Notes under the pieces: generated by a model
What the model saw: only the letters and a program-made list of their open reading frames with translations
Told to the model about the DNA's origin: nothing
Databases searched by the model: none
Program-made: the position numbers and the translations under genes
Shown: piece after piece, positions 27,989 to 46,223 of the stretch
Layout of the letters: every line of letters starts with the position of its first letter
Numbering within the stretch: position 1 is the first letter of the stretch
Origin: Nymphaea colorata
Lineage: Eukaryota
Length of the DNA: 64,000 nt
NCBI RefSeq assembly: GCF_008831285.2
Contig: NC_045138.2
Span: forward strand, 25,606,001 to 25,670,000
Reading direction: 5' to 3'

Positions 27989-30900
27989 ATGGGTTCCCGT
28001 ATTCTGAGATGGTTGGGTGCTTCGGTGTTGATCCTGCTTTGCTTTTCTACGGCGTCAGCAGGTGCAGCCAACACCTGCGACGCCAATGACTCTCAGGCGT
28101 TGATGGAATTTGCCGAGAATCTAATAAACGGCTCTGTTTTGGCAAAATGGGTCCGTGGCGCTGATTGCTGTTCTTGGCAAGGTGTCTCTTGCGCTACCGC
28201 GATAAATGCAAGCTCCAGCAGAGTGGTGAGATTGGTCTTGAGCCGGAGTGGCCTCACAGGGACGATTTCTCCGTCACTGGGGCGTTTGGACCGCCTGCAG
28301 TATCTTGATCTCTCACTGAATTCGCTTAGAGGTGAAGTACCGCAAGAGGTTTCGAATTTGACGCAGTTGGAGTTTCTTGACATCAGTTATAATAAACTGA
28401 ACGGTTCGTTTTTCAACTCTGCTGGAGCCGGCTTGAATTCAATCCGATGGTTGAATATTTCCAGTAACCTCTTCAATGGTACTCTTCTTGATTCAATGCC
28501 TGTTTATTCAAAGTTGATCAGCTTCAATATCAGCAATAATTCTTTCGGCGGACCTATCGCAACCATCCTTTGCAACCGATCCGCTGCTGTTCAAGTTCTG
28601 GATTTCTCAAGTAATTCGTTTTCCGGCAAAATTCCTGAAGGCCTTGGCAGTTGTACTTCTCTGAGCCAGTTGTTACTGGGTTCTAATTCTCTTGATGGGG
28701 AGCTCCCCAGTGGTTTGTTTAGCTTGGCAGCGTTGGAGCAACTATCGGTTCCGGCCAATAACTTTTCAGGTGAATTGAGTGCCAGAATCAGTAGCCTTGT
28801 GAAGCTCAAGTCATTTGTCATCTCCTGGAACCGATTCTCTGGCTCCCTCCCGGATGTTTTTGGAAATCTGACCAATTTAGAACAGTTTTCTGCTCAATCA
28901 AATTCCTTCTCAGGTCAGCTGCCACATTCTCTTGTCCTCTGTACTCAAATGCGAACACTCGATCTACGGAATAATTCTCTTTCTGGGGAGATTAATCTTG
29001 ACTTTACGGGTATGATTCATCTCAATTATCTTGATCTCGCTACGAATAGATTCGTGGGTACACTTCCTTCTAGCTTATCAAATTGCAAAGAGTTGGAAAC
29101 TTTGAGTATTGCTAAGAATAGTTTCCATGGTGAGATTCCTGATGAATTCAGAATGCTTCAGTCTCTTTCCTCCCTGTCGCTGTCAAACAATAGCTTCTCA
29201 AACATCTCAAAAACATTGCGAATACTGCAGAACTGCAGAAATCTATCTACACTCATTTTGTCAAAAAATTTCAAAGGAGAGACCTTCCCTGATAATATAG
29301 ATGGATTTGAGAAGTTAACTGTTTTTGCTGTTGGCAATTGTGGTCTTTCTGGTCAACTACCTGCATGGTTGCTCAAGTGCAAAAATTTACAGTTACTGGA
29401 TATGTCTTGGAATCATTTCGATGGAAGCATTCCATCTTGGATTGGAGAGTTAGACAGCCTGTTTTACCTGGACCTCTCAAACAATTCGCTTGCAGGGCAA
29501 ATACCTCTGAGCTTAACGCAGCTTAAAAGCCTTTTGTCAGCCAATTCATCTTCGGCATCCACCAGTTCCATCAATTTCCCTCTATTTGTGAAGAGGAACC
29601 AAAGTTCCAACGGTATGCAGTACAACCAAATATCAAGTTTTCCTCCATCAATACTTTTGAGCTATAATAAGCTCAACGGCACCATTTGGTCAGAGTTTGG
29701 GCGGTTGAGAGGTCTACATGTCTTGGACTTGAGCAGAAACAATATTACAGGGACTATTCCCAGCTCCTTTTCTAATATGAGCAATTTAGAGACGTTGGAC
29801 CTCTCTTTCAATGACCTCGATGGATCGATCCCTGAATCTTTGAATGAGCTCACCTTCTTGTCGAGTTTCAATGTTGCAAACAACCACTTATGCGGACGAA
29901 TTCCTACTGGTGGGCAGTTCTCCACCTTCTCCAACTCAAGTTTTGAAGGCAATTCTTGTCTGTGCGGTGCACCTCTTCTGCTGACTTGCAATGGAAAAAA
30001 TGGTACAGCAGCAACATCTGATGTCAGAAGCCGAGCTGGAAAGAAGACCATTCTAGGAATAACTATTGGCATTGCAGTTGGGATTATGTTACTTCTAGCA
30101 GTTGTCCTTTTCAATATTTTAAGAAAGGGGGAGGCGAACCGATGTGAAGAAGAAGCTGAAATTGGTCGTCCTCTTAGAATAGGTGACAATTTGGGTGCAA
30201 AACTAGTCCTATTTCAGAATCCGGAAGGGAAGGAGCTAACCATATGTGACCTCCTTAAGTCTACCAATAATTTCGACCAGGCTAATATTATTGGATGTGG
30301 AGGGTTTGGTCTTGTGTATAAAGCAATCCTTCCTAATGGCACAAAAGCTGCGATCAAGAGACTTTCAGGGGACTGTTGTCAGATGGAACGCGAGTTCCAA
30401 GCTGAAGTAGAAGCACTCTCAAAAGCTCAGCACAAAAATCTTGTCTCTCTGGAAGGATATTGCAGGTATGGTAATGACAGGTTGCTAATATACTCGTACA
30501 TGGAAAATGGAAGCTTGGATTATTGGTTGCATGAGAGACTTGATGGAGGATCACAGCTAGAGTGGGAAACCCGCCTAAAAATAGCACAAGATGCAGCAAA
30601 GGGGCTCGCTTACTTGCACAAAGCATGTGTGCCTAATGTTGTCCATCGTGATGTGAAGTCAAGCAACATTCTCCTGAATGATAAATTTGAAGCTCATTTG
30701 GCTGATTTTGGGCTATCAAGATTGCTAAAGCCGTATGATACTCATGTCACAACTGATCTTGTGGGAACGTTGGGATACATTCCTCCTGAATACAGTCAGA
30801 CTATGACAGCTACCTTCAAGGGTGATGTTTACAGCTTTGGAGTTGTTATCTTGGAGCTTCTTACTGGTAAAAGACCCGTAGACGTGTGCAAATCAAAGGG

Positions 30901-31120
30901 TTGCTGGGACTTGGTTGCATGGGTCCGCCAGATGAAGGCAGAAGGAAAGGATACCGATGTGTTTGAGTCATTGATGCTGAATGAAGATAATGAAAAGGAG
31001 CTGCTGGCAGTCCTTGATATTGCTTGTAAATGCATAAGCATTGATCCAAAACAAAGGCCGTCCATTGATCAGGTCGTTTTATGGCTTGATGCTGTTGCGA
31101 AGGAAGATGAACAATCATAG
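27989..31120 (+). CDS. PSKR: Phytosulfokine-receptor-like LRR receptor kinase (LRR-X, PSKR2-like), intronless, 1043 aa
   Basis: Signal peptide, CCSWQGVSC LRR cap, many plant LRRs, island segment FPLFVKRNQSSNGMQYNQISSFPPS, transmembrane helix, and kinase with NFDQANIIGCGGFGLVYKA, HRDVKSSN, DFG and THVTTDLVGTLGYIPPEY. Confidence 0.95.
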   Translation: MGSRILRWLGASVLILLCFSTASAGAANTCDANDSQALMEFAENLINGSVLAKWVRGADCCSWQGVSCATAINASSSRVVRLVLSRSGLTGTISPSLGRLDRLQYLDLSLNSLRGEVPQEVSNLTQLEFLDISYNKLNGSFFNSAGAGLNSIRWLNISSNLFNGTLLDSMPVYSKLISFNISNNSFGGPIATILCNRSAAVQVLDFSSNSFSGKIPEGLGSCTSLSQLLLGSNSLDGELPSGLFSLAALEQLSVPANNFSGELSARISSLVKLKSFVISWNRFSGSLPDVFGNLTNLEQFSAQSNSFSGQLPHSLVLCTQMRTLDLRNNSLSGEINLDFTGMIHLNYLDLATNRFVGTLPSSLSNCKELETLSIAKNSFHGEIPDEFRMLQSLSSLSLSNNSFSNISKTLRILQNCRNLSTLILSKNFKGETFPDNIDGFEKLTVFAVGNCGLSGQLPAWLLKCKNLQLLDMSWNHFDGSIPSWIGELDSLFYLDLSNNSLAGQIPLSLTQLKSLLSANSSSASTSSINFPLFVKRNQSSNGMQYNQISSFPPSILLSYNKLNGTIWSEFGRLRGLHVLDLSRNNITGTIPSSFSNMSNLETLDLSFNDLDGSIPESLNELTFLSSFNVANNHLCGRIPTGGQFSTFSNSSFEGNSCLCGAPLLLTCNGKNGTAATSDVRSRAGKKTILGITIGIAVGIMLLLAVVLFNILRKGEANRCEEEAEIGRPLRIGDNLGAKLVLFQNPEGKELTICDLLKSTNNFDQANIIGCGGFGLVYKAILPNGTKAAIKRLSGDCCQMEREFQAEVEALSKAQHKNLVSLEGYCRYGNDRLLIYSYMENGSLDYWLHERLDGGSQLEWETRLKIAQDAAKGLAYLHKACVPNVVHRDVKSSNILLNDKFEAHLADFGLSRLLKPYDTHVTTDLVGTLGYIPPEYSQTMTATFKGDVYSFGVVILELLTGKRPVDVCKSKGCWDLVAWVRQMKAEGKDTDVFESLMLNEDNEKELLAVLDIACKCISIDPKQRPSIDQVVLWLDAVAKEDEQS

Positions 31121-32291
31121 ATCTCTTGATTTCCTTAAGCTTCTGCAACAACGACATAACTTGAACAGCTTCTTCAGCGTCCAACTGTTACTGAAGCTAC
31201 CAAACTCAGAGCGGTGTTATCCCTTCTCTAGCTGAGATTTATACATTTGAGTTTGTAAATAATACGTCATGTAATTTCATACAAAATTGAATTAGTGCGA
31301 GGCTTCGACAGCTACTTCTGCTGAAGTATGAAAAGATGAGCAACAACCCAGCACAGTGTACTTACTGTCCGTTGTCTATTTAACATGCAATATTCTTTAG
31401 AAGCTGTTGTCAAGATGTGTTTGTATGCTAACATCGAATACTCACATGCTGTGTCTCTTGAATAGATCACCTGAAAATTGTGTGATCCCCTTGGTTAGCC
31501 CTAGAATAGGGAGTGGTGCACCATGAAGGTTCAATATCTACATGCAAAACATTAAATGTGCCGTTTCTCGTGCTGATTCTGTGTCTAGCTGCAGTATCAT
31601 TCATGTGGGCATATCCGTGCTAATACATTGAAGACTTATTTATACTTGCTGATGATAAAACACTCAAGTCTTCTGATTCCTGGATCACCAATTGGGACCT
31701 CGCAGGTTGGCGATCCCTTCTCATGTACTCTCTTTTTTTGTTTTTGGCTGTGAGTTTCTTTGTTTTGCTAATTTGATGCAAGTTACGAAAAGATTTTAGT
31801 TGTTCAACTAAACTTCAATTATCTCAGGTTGAAAGATGCATTTGATTTGTTGAAGTCTTGAAGCATTTGCTCACTTCTGTTTGTCTTGTCCTTAGGCCAC
31901 TATGTGCATGTACATGCATGTGCGGCGTGTGAATTATCTGTGTGTTAGATTTAAAATACAAGTTGTGCATAGTGAGGCGGGAAATATTCTGGATCGTTAT
32001 CCTTCATCCAAAAAACATATGACAACAATGAAGTACTACAGGACTTACTCTTTGTGAAGTCTCCGTTCCTTAGTACTGGAAGAAATAACAAAGTTTCTTG
32101 TCTTGGTCTTCTATGTTGAACTATTATCCGTGCATCCCCACTTGATAATGAGGTTAAAGCCTCGGACGTGAGATATGAGGCCGATCTCAAATCCACTTTA
32201 AAAATCCATGACTGGAGCAAACAGTGGATTTCACAATTGCAGATTTGAGGTCCGCATTACTTTAAAAAACCATGGATCTGCGAGATTGAAA

Positions 32292-32694
32292 TAAGGATGT
32301 CAATGGATTAGATTTGAATCGGAAATACCCTTAACCGTATTTTCTTTTTCAAATATTCCCAGATTCACATTCCAATTCGGATTCACATATGTAAAAAAAA
32401 GAAATCATATCCAAATCTGAATCCAAAATCTGATTTCACTATCTGAATCTGGTTTTTATATTTATATCTGAATCAAAATCTAAACTTTGAACCGAATCTG
32501 ACCAATTTTCAAAATGTAAGAGTACTGAAAATAGAATATTTATTTAAAACTGAACATGATCGGATATTCATGTATATCGAAGTCTGATTGGATGTTAATT
32601 AAATCTGAATCTGATCTAATTTCTTGAATTTAATTTTTTTTCATATATGATTTTTTTAGATATCCAACCCAAATGAGATAAATGGACATCCCTA
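32292..32694. mobile_element. hAT-family MITE, 403 bp
   Basis: TIRs TAAGGATGTCAAT / ATGGACATCCCTA (11/13 match), degenerate 8-bp TSD gattgaaa / catcgaaa, and many atctga/atccaa subterminal motifs. Confidence 0.7.
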
Positions 32695-34733
32695 CATCGA
32701 AAGCGATCAAGGATTGGGGAAACCATGAATACAAGCACTAGTAAATGAAAAAATTATGAAAAGCAAAACATAAAGTGAAATTAAGCAAGCTGTGTTTTTT
32801 TTTTAAATATAGCATTGGCTCAGGCGATGGGATATGGGATGTGAAATAGACAGGGCAACTAAAAGCAAGAAAGATAAGTTCAGGAAGGAAGAGCTTTTTG
32901 TAAACCAGGCTTTACCATATAGTGTGACATACAGGAAAGAGGGAGGGAAGTGCAACAAAAAATTTTGGATTTTCTTTTTTAAATTCAAGCCGTTCATGTA
33001 TCCAAATGAGTGGAGTTTTCCAGCCAAAGGTCGAAGTCTCCACTCAACTCTTTTATTGAAACCCTCTCTCAATCAACTATTATGCTATATGGGTATTTGA
33101 CTGCGGCTATTTTCTCTTTCAAATAGTTGAAATATAAACAAAAACATACCACAACATTGGATGGTATCATCTCTAACATCACTTGCCTTAATTAACTCAT
33201 TTCACAAGAAAATTTGTATAGATTTTGCCATTATGTTAGTGACATACAAGAGCCTAAGGCACTAGGAACAAATACTTCATAAATTTGTTCTAAAATTCAA
33301 GTAGACTGATAAAACAATAGTAGGGATGAATGGGAGGATTACAACCCACTACTCGAAAAAGAAACACGAAAGCCTCGTTAGTTCCGATCCACAGTTGCAT
33401 AAGCCTACCCATGACCAAGGACCTAGTGCCAACGAGAATCAAAACTAAAATGCTACCTGCTACCGTGTCTCTGCCCGACCAGCTAAACTAAACATTTGTG
33501 TTAAGCCAATTATTTGGAATTTGAGATCCTCTGAGATCCTAATCATATCGTTTACTATCTGCACACAGGCCGGAGATTCCGCCGGTAGATGTAGCAGCGG
33601 TAGAAATTGACCGACAATTTTGAGGATCTTCCTTGATGTCGCCCCATGTGGAGGAGGGACCCAACAAGGTCCATCTGCCAGTTCAATCAGCTTCACTGAA
33701 CAGCAAAGGCCACAGCTGCCCTGGATTGACAGAGCACGTCCACATGGCTCTCTCATGTTCTTCTTCTTCTGAAGATAGTTCTGTGGTCACATCTGGCTAG
33801 GATGAATTAATGGCTAAAATTCCTTGGCTTCAATGGTTTTTTACTCCCAAAAAAAGAAAGGTTAAACCAGCACGCTTACTTCTCCCACTCCAAAAGTGGA
33901 TTTTCCTGCCATCGTAGAAGGAAAGAATCTACGGCGAGCCCTTCAAAGTGTGCTTCAAGAACTCAGAAAGATTGGTATTCAAGCATAAGAAAAGTTCAAG
34001 ATTCCAGTATCGAGCAAAAAGTGGATTGAGTGTGGTGAAAATCGAAACTGGGACCTTATCTTTGCAACTCAAACATCATCCAACTCAAACTGGGACCTCT
34101 CTCCCCCTCCCTCTCTCTCTTCCCCTCCCGGTGCCCTAGGTTTGGTGGCGATCTCTCCTTCTCCGGCGGCCTTCGGCGGCGATCTTCTTCTCGGGTATTT
34201 CGCTTTCTCTGTTTGTGGCTGGGCAGTGGGGGACCTCCCTTTCCCGATGGGGTGTATCTCCGGATTGATGGTTACTGCCGGATCTATCTTTCCTTTCTGT
34301 CGCTTCTTCTTCCTCTTCTTCTTGTCTTTGTCCCAATTCTGTCTCCTTCTCGTTCGTCCTCTCCTTCTCCCCACCTATTTTTCTCTTCTTTAATTTTTCT
34401 TGTTTTCTCCTTTTGGGGGAAGGGAGGGTGTATCTGTGTGTAGGTTTTCGATTAGGAATTCCTGTTATTTTTCTTTTTGTGAGTTGATGGAGGTTGCGTT
34501 TGATTAGATATAGTTTGTCCCATAATTTCGTGCTCTGTTTGTGTAGGTTTTGTTGGGATCGTGGTGCTATTTTGTGCTTTTTGTTCTTTGTTCTGTCTGT
34601 AACTTTGTGTTATTTCTATCTGATCTTGGTGCAATTTTTGTAGCATTGCGGATTTGGAATTTTTATAGTTTTAGTATGTTTATGCATGGGCAGGTTTTTT
34701 GTAAGTTGGGAGCCTGAAAAGTGTTGATTGATA

Positions 34734-39408
<4,675 letters not shown>

Positions 39409-42400
39409 GAACAAGGTGGCCACAGATTCAATATTCAGCTTTTCGTGCTTGTGTGATTCTACATCTAAACTCAATCCCCTCGAACGTCGAACCCTGTCCT
39501 GATAACTTGTGAACCATCCTTGTTTCTGTTTGTTTGTACATTCTGTGAATGAAGTTCCTTATATTCAATTGTACGTATGTTCCGACTTTGTCATTGTGCC
39601 GTTCTTTCTCTTCCTCTTATAAATAAAGCCATGTCTTAAGTCCTTTTCCTGGTTCCCACAAGTGCAGCCTATCATGTGTCTATTACTTTTTATTTGACAT
39701 AATTTTGTTGAATGGCATGGCCGCAGAACAAATATGGTGAAACAGGAAACCACCTGTTCCCTTTTCTTCATTGCCTTTCCACTGCTTTAAGTTCGGCATA
39801 TCTTCTTTCTTCCTGTACCAGCTCTTATTTGATACCACCAGCAGGTTAGGGGATCACTGGTATGCCAGGCATAACTTGACCGCAGAAATTCGTATGGTTG
39901 GATTGGTACTTCTCTGGTGCTGCCAAGGAACTTGCACGATCTCTCGTCTTGTTCTTGTGATGCTGCAAATGGTTCAGAAAACCGGATGGAGGTTTTCAAA
40001 CCGTTTTCAGTTAGAAACCGACTCTCAATGTGTTTAGCTTTGTATATGATCCTCATGCACCGCCAACCGGTATTATTTTGGTCTTTGCATAGATCTTAAT
40101 TCTTGATCTCCACCAACAACGGGATCAGCAGTTGACAGAGATGCTCTAATGTATGCAATGTCAAGTTTATGCTGATGCCCTTGGCTGGGTAAAGATGCTA
40201 GTTGTTGGTTGTCAGATGTGAGATGACATGCTCTTGCCGATCATCTGAATTTTAAATGCTACTCCTCCCTCCGTTTGCCTCCATTACAGGGAAAAAGAAA
40301 TAGAACACTTCAATTTTGTAATGACAAAATCTGGTCTTTCACTTCATAAGAGTATAAAGAAAAATTGTTCAGTTGCACTCCCAAAAATCAAATAAATGTT
40401 AGCACGGGTAGGGGAAATGGTACTAGACTCTGTGAAGTTTGAAAGGAGAGAGAGAGAGAGAGAGAGAAGGGCCTACTTAGTATATGACGTAGACAAGCAT
40501 GCCAGCCAGGTATGGCCACAGTCCAACCTGTTGCCATAAAGTTGCTTAGCTATGCAGAGTGTGGTGGCCTCTTATTTTATGCGAGCCTGCTTTCCCAGTG
40601 GTTTCAAGTTAGATGAGGCTTTTCCTATCTTTTATTTTATATATATTGCGAATCCCTTCATTATTACAGCCAACTGCCGTGTTCGATTGAACTCCCAAAT
40701 GCATGCTTTGCTTGAATATAAAATTGTATCTTCTTAAATTTCTGATTATATAGTCCTTCGTTAACAGCACAACTTGTCGATGCGTTTTAGCCACTTTGAT
40801 TATAAATAAGCCAAGTGAATAATCTTATGCCTAAGTTTATCTATGATATATCTAAATAACAGTCAAGCTATAACACTGAAATAATAGGCAGTTCCTTGTA
40901 AAATTTTGTAGTTGTACACCGCATTCCTCCAAGCTCAAACAGTTGGGCCAAGCATGCATGTATTTTGTCCTTCAAAATACGTTTCTTTCGGATCCTAGTC
41001 CTCATGGTTCATTCAGATGCGCAGTCGATTTGGTCTGTTCCTGCTATCAGCCTACATCACACCAAAAAGGGGGGACTCTCCTTTAATGAGATTTTTAAAA
41101 TGAGATCATATACCCTGTTTTAGAACGTGACCCACCAATCCATTCGCCCATTAAAGTCTTGAGAAGTTGAAAAATTTTGTAATATTTGATGCGGGAGAGG
41201 GAGTTTGGTTATCTGCATATTGTTTTGTACGTTATCACTGCAAATAATAATTGAAGAGAAAACGAGTATCAAATGTTATGGTTGATTTCCACAACGCTCT
41301 TTTTCAACCAAAAAAAAAATGGAAATGATAAACAAAAAGTCATGCATTGAATAAACGTATCAGAGGGAGAGAGAGAGAGAGAGAGAGAGTTTTTCTTTTG
41401 TTCAAATAATGTTCATATTAAAAAAGAAAAGTAAAATAAGCCGCCCGCACCGTCCAGCCGCCAAGTTGGGCTAACTAAAGGTTGACGGATGAATTTGAGG
41501 TCGAAAGTGGTAAAGATTGATCTGGAAATTCAGAAAAGGTTGGCTTTGAAAATCAGCAATCAGAAGTCGACGGGGGGAAGCTTATTACGTTAATATCAAC
41601 TGAAAGCAGATTCAATTGTCTCTTGTACAAACACAAAAGTTTCAAGTGTAACATGAATGCAAGTAAAACTTGGTAGGCATTACAGCTCACACAACATTTT
41701 CTCCATTCATGAAGAAAACTAAAGGTCCCACCCAGCTCCACATCCCAAAGGCAGGGAATGGGAGTCTTCAAGCCGGATTCCGGGTGGTGGGATGAACTTC
41801 TCCCAGAAAAGTGACGTTGACCCAGTTAATGACCAATCAATTTGGTCTAAGCACGGCAGACCGGTGGGTCGGTGGCCGGGGGCAGGTCCGCCATGCTCAT
41901 TCCTCCTTCCTTCCAGTAGCTTTTTTGTGTGGTGGGGAAGAAGGACACGTTCGGACCTTCCCAATAAGACGGTAGATCGCCGGCATGGAGTCACGTGGTG
42001 ACTTTTTATATTTTATTTTATAGATCACTGGGTATGTCTAAACTTGGTGTAAATTTTGAAAACCACTAAAACATTTCAGTTTTCTCGTTTAAGTTCGTAT
42101 TTTAGTTCTTATATTGTGATTCTTTTTTAATCATGTTCCCGAATCTAAGATTAGAATGGATCGTGAATCCCCAATTGAGTCAGACCCGTGTACGTCTCTC
42201 TTTTGGGACGATTGGACAGGACACTACCGGGTCCGTTGGAGCCTCTCATTGGACACCTACCGGTCGACGTGAATCTGGACATCCCCGGGAGTGGATTGAA
42301 CCGACTATGGTTCAGATCTAAACGGGTTTAACGTTACCTAACCACCAGCTGTGGATCCAGATCCGAAAAACCGAAAGTATTAATTATTAAATCCAACAAC

Positions 42401-42759
42401 TTAGGAAGTTCTTTATTATATTATAGGTCCTCCCTTATTCTATACTTGAGATTTAGCTATAAATATTTCAATAATAAATACAAAAAATTTAAGGTTAAAG
42501 AGCATTAGTTTTAAAATCTTAAATTTTTAAAAGAAGCCAACGTGTAAATGAGAACATTCATACGACATAATTTTGCGATTAAAAGCAACGACATTGGTTC
42601 AAGGCAGGCACTAGATAAATTTATGTGGGTTTGTGTTGATTCAGAAACTGAAAGGTGCGTAGTGGAATTAGTTGTAAAGCCGCGGGTTCCAAATTAAAAA
42701 GATTAGGTGATTTATTTAGTAAAGGATTAATGGTCTGGGGGACGTCCTTGTCCTTTGGG

Positions 42760-43103
42760 GGAGTGTGCCACCAACGGGCGACGGACGTGAAGGGAAGAAA
42801 TGCGATCCGGTTAAGTCGAGGCGTGAAGTCCGGGAAATAGTGCAAAAGTGGCAGTCAAAGGGGGGAAGTTTCTTTTAGGGTTTCTTCCTTTCTCCTTCCA
42901 AAAAAGAAGTCCCGGGTGGACGCCTCTCCCCCTTTCCCTCTCCCATTTTTTATGTGTATAAAACCCCGTCCTCCTCCTTTGTGGGGAAGAGTCTGAGCGG
43001 GCACAGGGAAGCAACCCTCCGGGAAGACCTCGTTGAGGTATCATTTTGTCTCTCTGTTCCGCTTATTCTTCCATTTCATTTGTTTCATTTCATACTCCTT
43101 GAG
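42760..43103 (+). promoter_or_regulatory. Promoter and leader exon of AAC copy 1
   Basis: Telo-box TAGGGTTT at 42876-42883, TATAAA near 42957, the block aatgcgatccggttaa shared with the copy 2 promoter, and candidate donors after 43037 and 43103. Confidence 0.6.
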
Positions 43104-43993
43104 GTACTTTTTGCCTGCTCTTCGCTCTGTTTTTTTTTTTTTCTTTTTTCCTCCATTTCTTTGTTTTTTCTTTTTCCTCTTCATCGATCGGTTCGATTTC
43201 GACTTTCTGTAGCTCATGATCTTGGTTTTCTAGGAGGTTTCTTTCCTCATTCTTGCCTTTTTAAGTTGCTTCTCGTGTAAAGCATCGGTTGTTTTTGTCT
43301 TGATTTTTTTTACTCTGCGATCTCGACGAATACGCGTTTTATGTGGTTTTATATGCGTTGATCTGTTGTTTGGATGGTAGATCTGGTGGTCTTGTTGCTT
43401 AGTGTTGGCAGGGCGTTGGAATTTGGGTTTGTCGTTTGTTTTCTCGTCAATTTATTTTGCGAAACGCATCTGTTTGTTGAGCTTCGGAAGGTTTTTCTTT
43501 TGTCGTGTGCGGCGACCTTTTAGAGTTATTTCTGTTTGATGTGGATCCGTGGTTGCTCTTTGTTTCTGATCCGTGTGTTATTTGGTAGAGTACTGTTTCT
43601 GCGATGCATTTATACGGTCAATGTTGTGAAAGACTCTTCCGGAATCCGTTAAAGTGGACGCTTGCTGGTGATTGCTACTTTGTAAAAAAAAAAATGTATT
43701 GATAAATTGAGAACCTGAGCCCTGAAGCAGGGGATATTTACGTTCTACTTGTAATTTTTAATAAATCATTGACAAAAATAAGGTCTTTTCATCTTTAGCC
43801 AGTACGACTTGTTAGCTGATACAGCAATTGAATCATGAATTTGTCTGAAATTTTGAATGGGACTGCTTCAACGCATATCGGTCCTTTATAATATTTTTCT
43901 TTAGCCTGAAAAACTGTCAAAAAAAAAAACTGATACTGTTCTTGAGCATATTCAGCTTCTCTTGGTAAGCCGTATGTGAAGATCACAACCTGC

Positions 43994-44115
43994 TGTTATA
44001 AGCACAATGCATTTGCAGGACTAAAGAACCAGTTTGCTGGCATTTGTTAATGAACCAGTTTGCTGGCATTTGTTATAAGCACAATGCATTTGCAGGATAA
44101 GAACCAGTTTGCTGG
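43994..44115. repeat. Mosaic direct repeats in the AAC copy 1 leader intron
   Basis: tgttataagcacaatgcatttgcagga x2 interleaved with gaaccagtttgctgg x3. Confidence 0.8.
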
Positions 44116-44665
44116 TCTACAAATATTTATTTGATACGATGTCTGGATTTTTAAAACTTGATGAAACATTTATATTTATTTGTAAGACAAATATATTATG
44201 TAAGAATGTGTACATATACATACATACTCGAGCAACACTAGAATAGATCCAAACACCAGAATGGGAGAATATGCAAGGGTTCTGGGAATCTGGAGGAACT
44301 TTGGAGCATTTGATATTTTACCTATTATCATCTTCTTGGTTCTTGCCTATTCTCGTTTTTCTTTCTTGTTTCCCAGTCATAAGAATTTGTCTTTCCACTA
44401 AAAAGCATTTAATAGAACGATATAAAATCAATAACTTTGTCTGTCTTCACCCTTGGTTCATTATTGTTATGTTCCCCAATTCTTTTATGTAAAGGGATTA
44501 TTAATTATGATAATCCACCAAATTCAGTTGTCTGGATATATTTTGTATGATATCCTTTTTCTCATTCTTTATAGCCTGTTAAAAGGTACAGATTTTTTCA
44601 GAATTTATCTTTCTTGTAAGAAGTTATAATGAAGCACGTTCTTGCAGGTCTGCTGTGAAAAGAAA

Positions 44666-46223
44666 ATGGCCGAGCAGCAGCGATTTCCTTCTGTTGTTCA
44701 GAAATTGTCAGGGCAATCATACCTCTACTCGAGAATCTCTCCAAATGTGCAGAACCGAAATGCCAGCATGCATCATATGTCTACCATGAGCCATGTGGCA
44801 GCTGTTTATAGCAACGGTGGCTTGCAGAATGCATTGCCTGCCTCTCCGATCTTTGTGCAGGCACCATCAGAGAAAGGGGTTGCTGGGTTCATGGTTGATT
44901 TTCTCATGGGTGGTGTCTCTGCTGCAGTTTCAAAAACAGCAGCTGCTCCAATTGAGCGTGTGAAGCTGTTGATTCAGAACCAGGATGAGATGATCAAAGC
45001 GGGTCGTCTTTCGGAGCCCTACAAGGGAATTGGTGATTGCTTCGGCCGTACAATCAAGGATGAGGGTATGATCGCACTGTGGAGAGGAAACACCGCCAAT
45101 GTCATCCGTTACTTTCCTACCCAGGTACCTTCACATCTTCCGGTTTCATGAGTTGGAAGACTTTGTTGCGTCTTGTTTGTTCTCATCTTTTTAGCGAGAG
45201 AAACATCAGTAGTAGGGTATGATCATCTCATATTTGGAAATTCAAATAAAGGACTGTAAATGAATGAATATGATGAAAAGCGAGGACTGCAATTTTGTGA
45301 CAAGTGAGACGTTTATTTTGACCAAGCGTAAAAGCCTTCAATTTATATCTCTGCGATTGTCTACCAAACGTCCACTTTTGCTTGATTATATTTGTGTTTG
45401 GTCCGTTCATTTGCTAACTTGGAAACTATTTCGGTTCGCCAGGCACTGAACTTTGCTTTCAAGGATTACTTCAAGCGCCTTTTCAACTTCAAGAAGGACA
45501 GGGATGGGTACTGGAAATGGTTTGCTGGAAACTTGGCATCTGGTGGAGCGGCCGGTGCCTCTTCTCTGCTGTTTGTGTATTCCTTGGACTACGCCCGTAC
45601 TCGTCTAGCAAACGATGCAAAGGCTGCGAAGAAGGGAGGGGAAAGGCAATTCAACGGCCTGGTTGACGTGTACAGGAAAACCATTAAGTCGGATGGCGTT
45701 GCTGGACTTTACCGTGGGTTCAACATCTCCTGTGTTGGAATCATCGTGTACCGTGGTCTGTACTTTGGAATGTACGATTCCTTGAAGCCCGTGGTGTTGG
45801 TCGGACAGCTGCAGGTTGGTTTTCATAGTTTCATGTGTACAAGTTGATCTCCTTGTGGGGTCTGTATTCGATATTTCTAGTATTCATGCTGGAGCTTTTG
45901 CTTTTTGTTTTGACAAATTGCAGGATAGCTTCCTTGCAAGTTTCCTCCTTGGTTGGGGAATCACAATTGGAGCTGGACTGGCATCCTACCCGATTGACAC
46001 AGTTCGTAGAAGGATGATGATGACCTCTGGGGAGGCTGTGAAGTACAAGAGCTCCATGGATGCCTTCTCCCAAATCTTGAAGAACGAGGGAGCCAAGTCC
46101 CTGTTCAAGGGTGCCGGTGCCAACATTTTGCGTGCAGTGGCTGGTGCTGGTGTGCTAGCTGGCTACGACAAGCTGCAGGTTATCGTCTTTGGCAAGAAGT
46201 ACGGATCCGGAGGCGGGGGCTAA
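44666..46223 (+). CDS. AAC: Mitochondrial ADP/ATP carrier, copy 1. Exons 44666-45124, 45443-45814, 45924-46223, 376 aa.
   Basis: [44 protein letters not shown], the RRRMMM signature and a plant N-terminal extension. GT-AG introns. Confidence 0.97.

Noticed and set aside
28093..31184. Minus-strand ORFs within PSKR
   Set aside because: Antisense shadows of the long CDS
34142..34443. Hydrophobic ORFs upstream of RabB, considered as uORFs or membrane peptides
   Set aside because: Pyrimidine-rich sequence, probably leader intron ending at the acceptor near 34693
43994..44115. Interspaced repeats superficially like a CRISPR array
   Set aside because: Eukaryotic intron, the spacers are themselves repeats, and there are no cas genes
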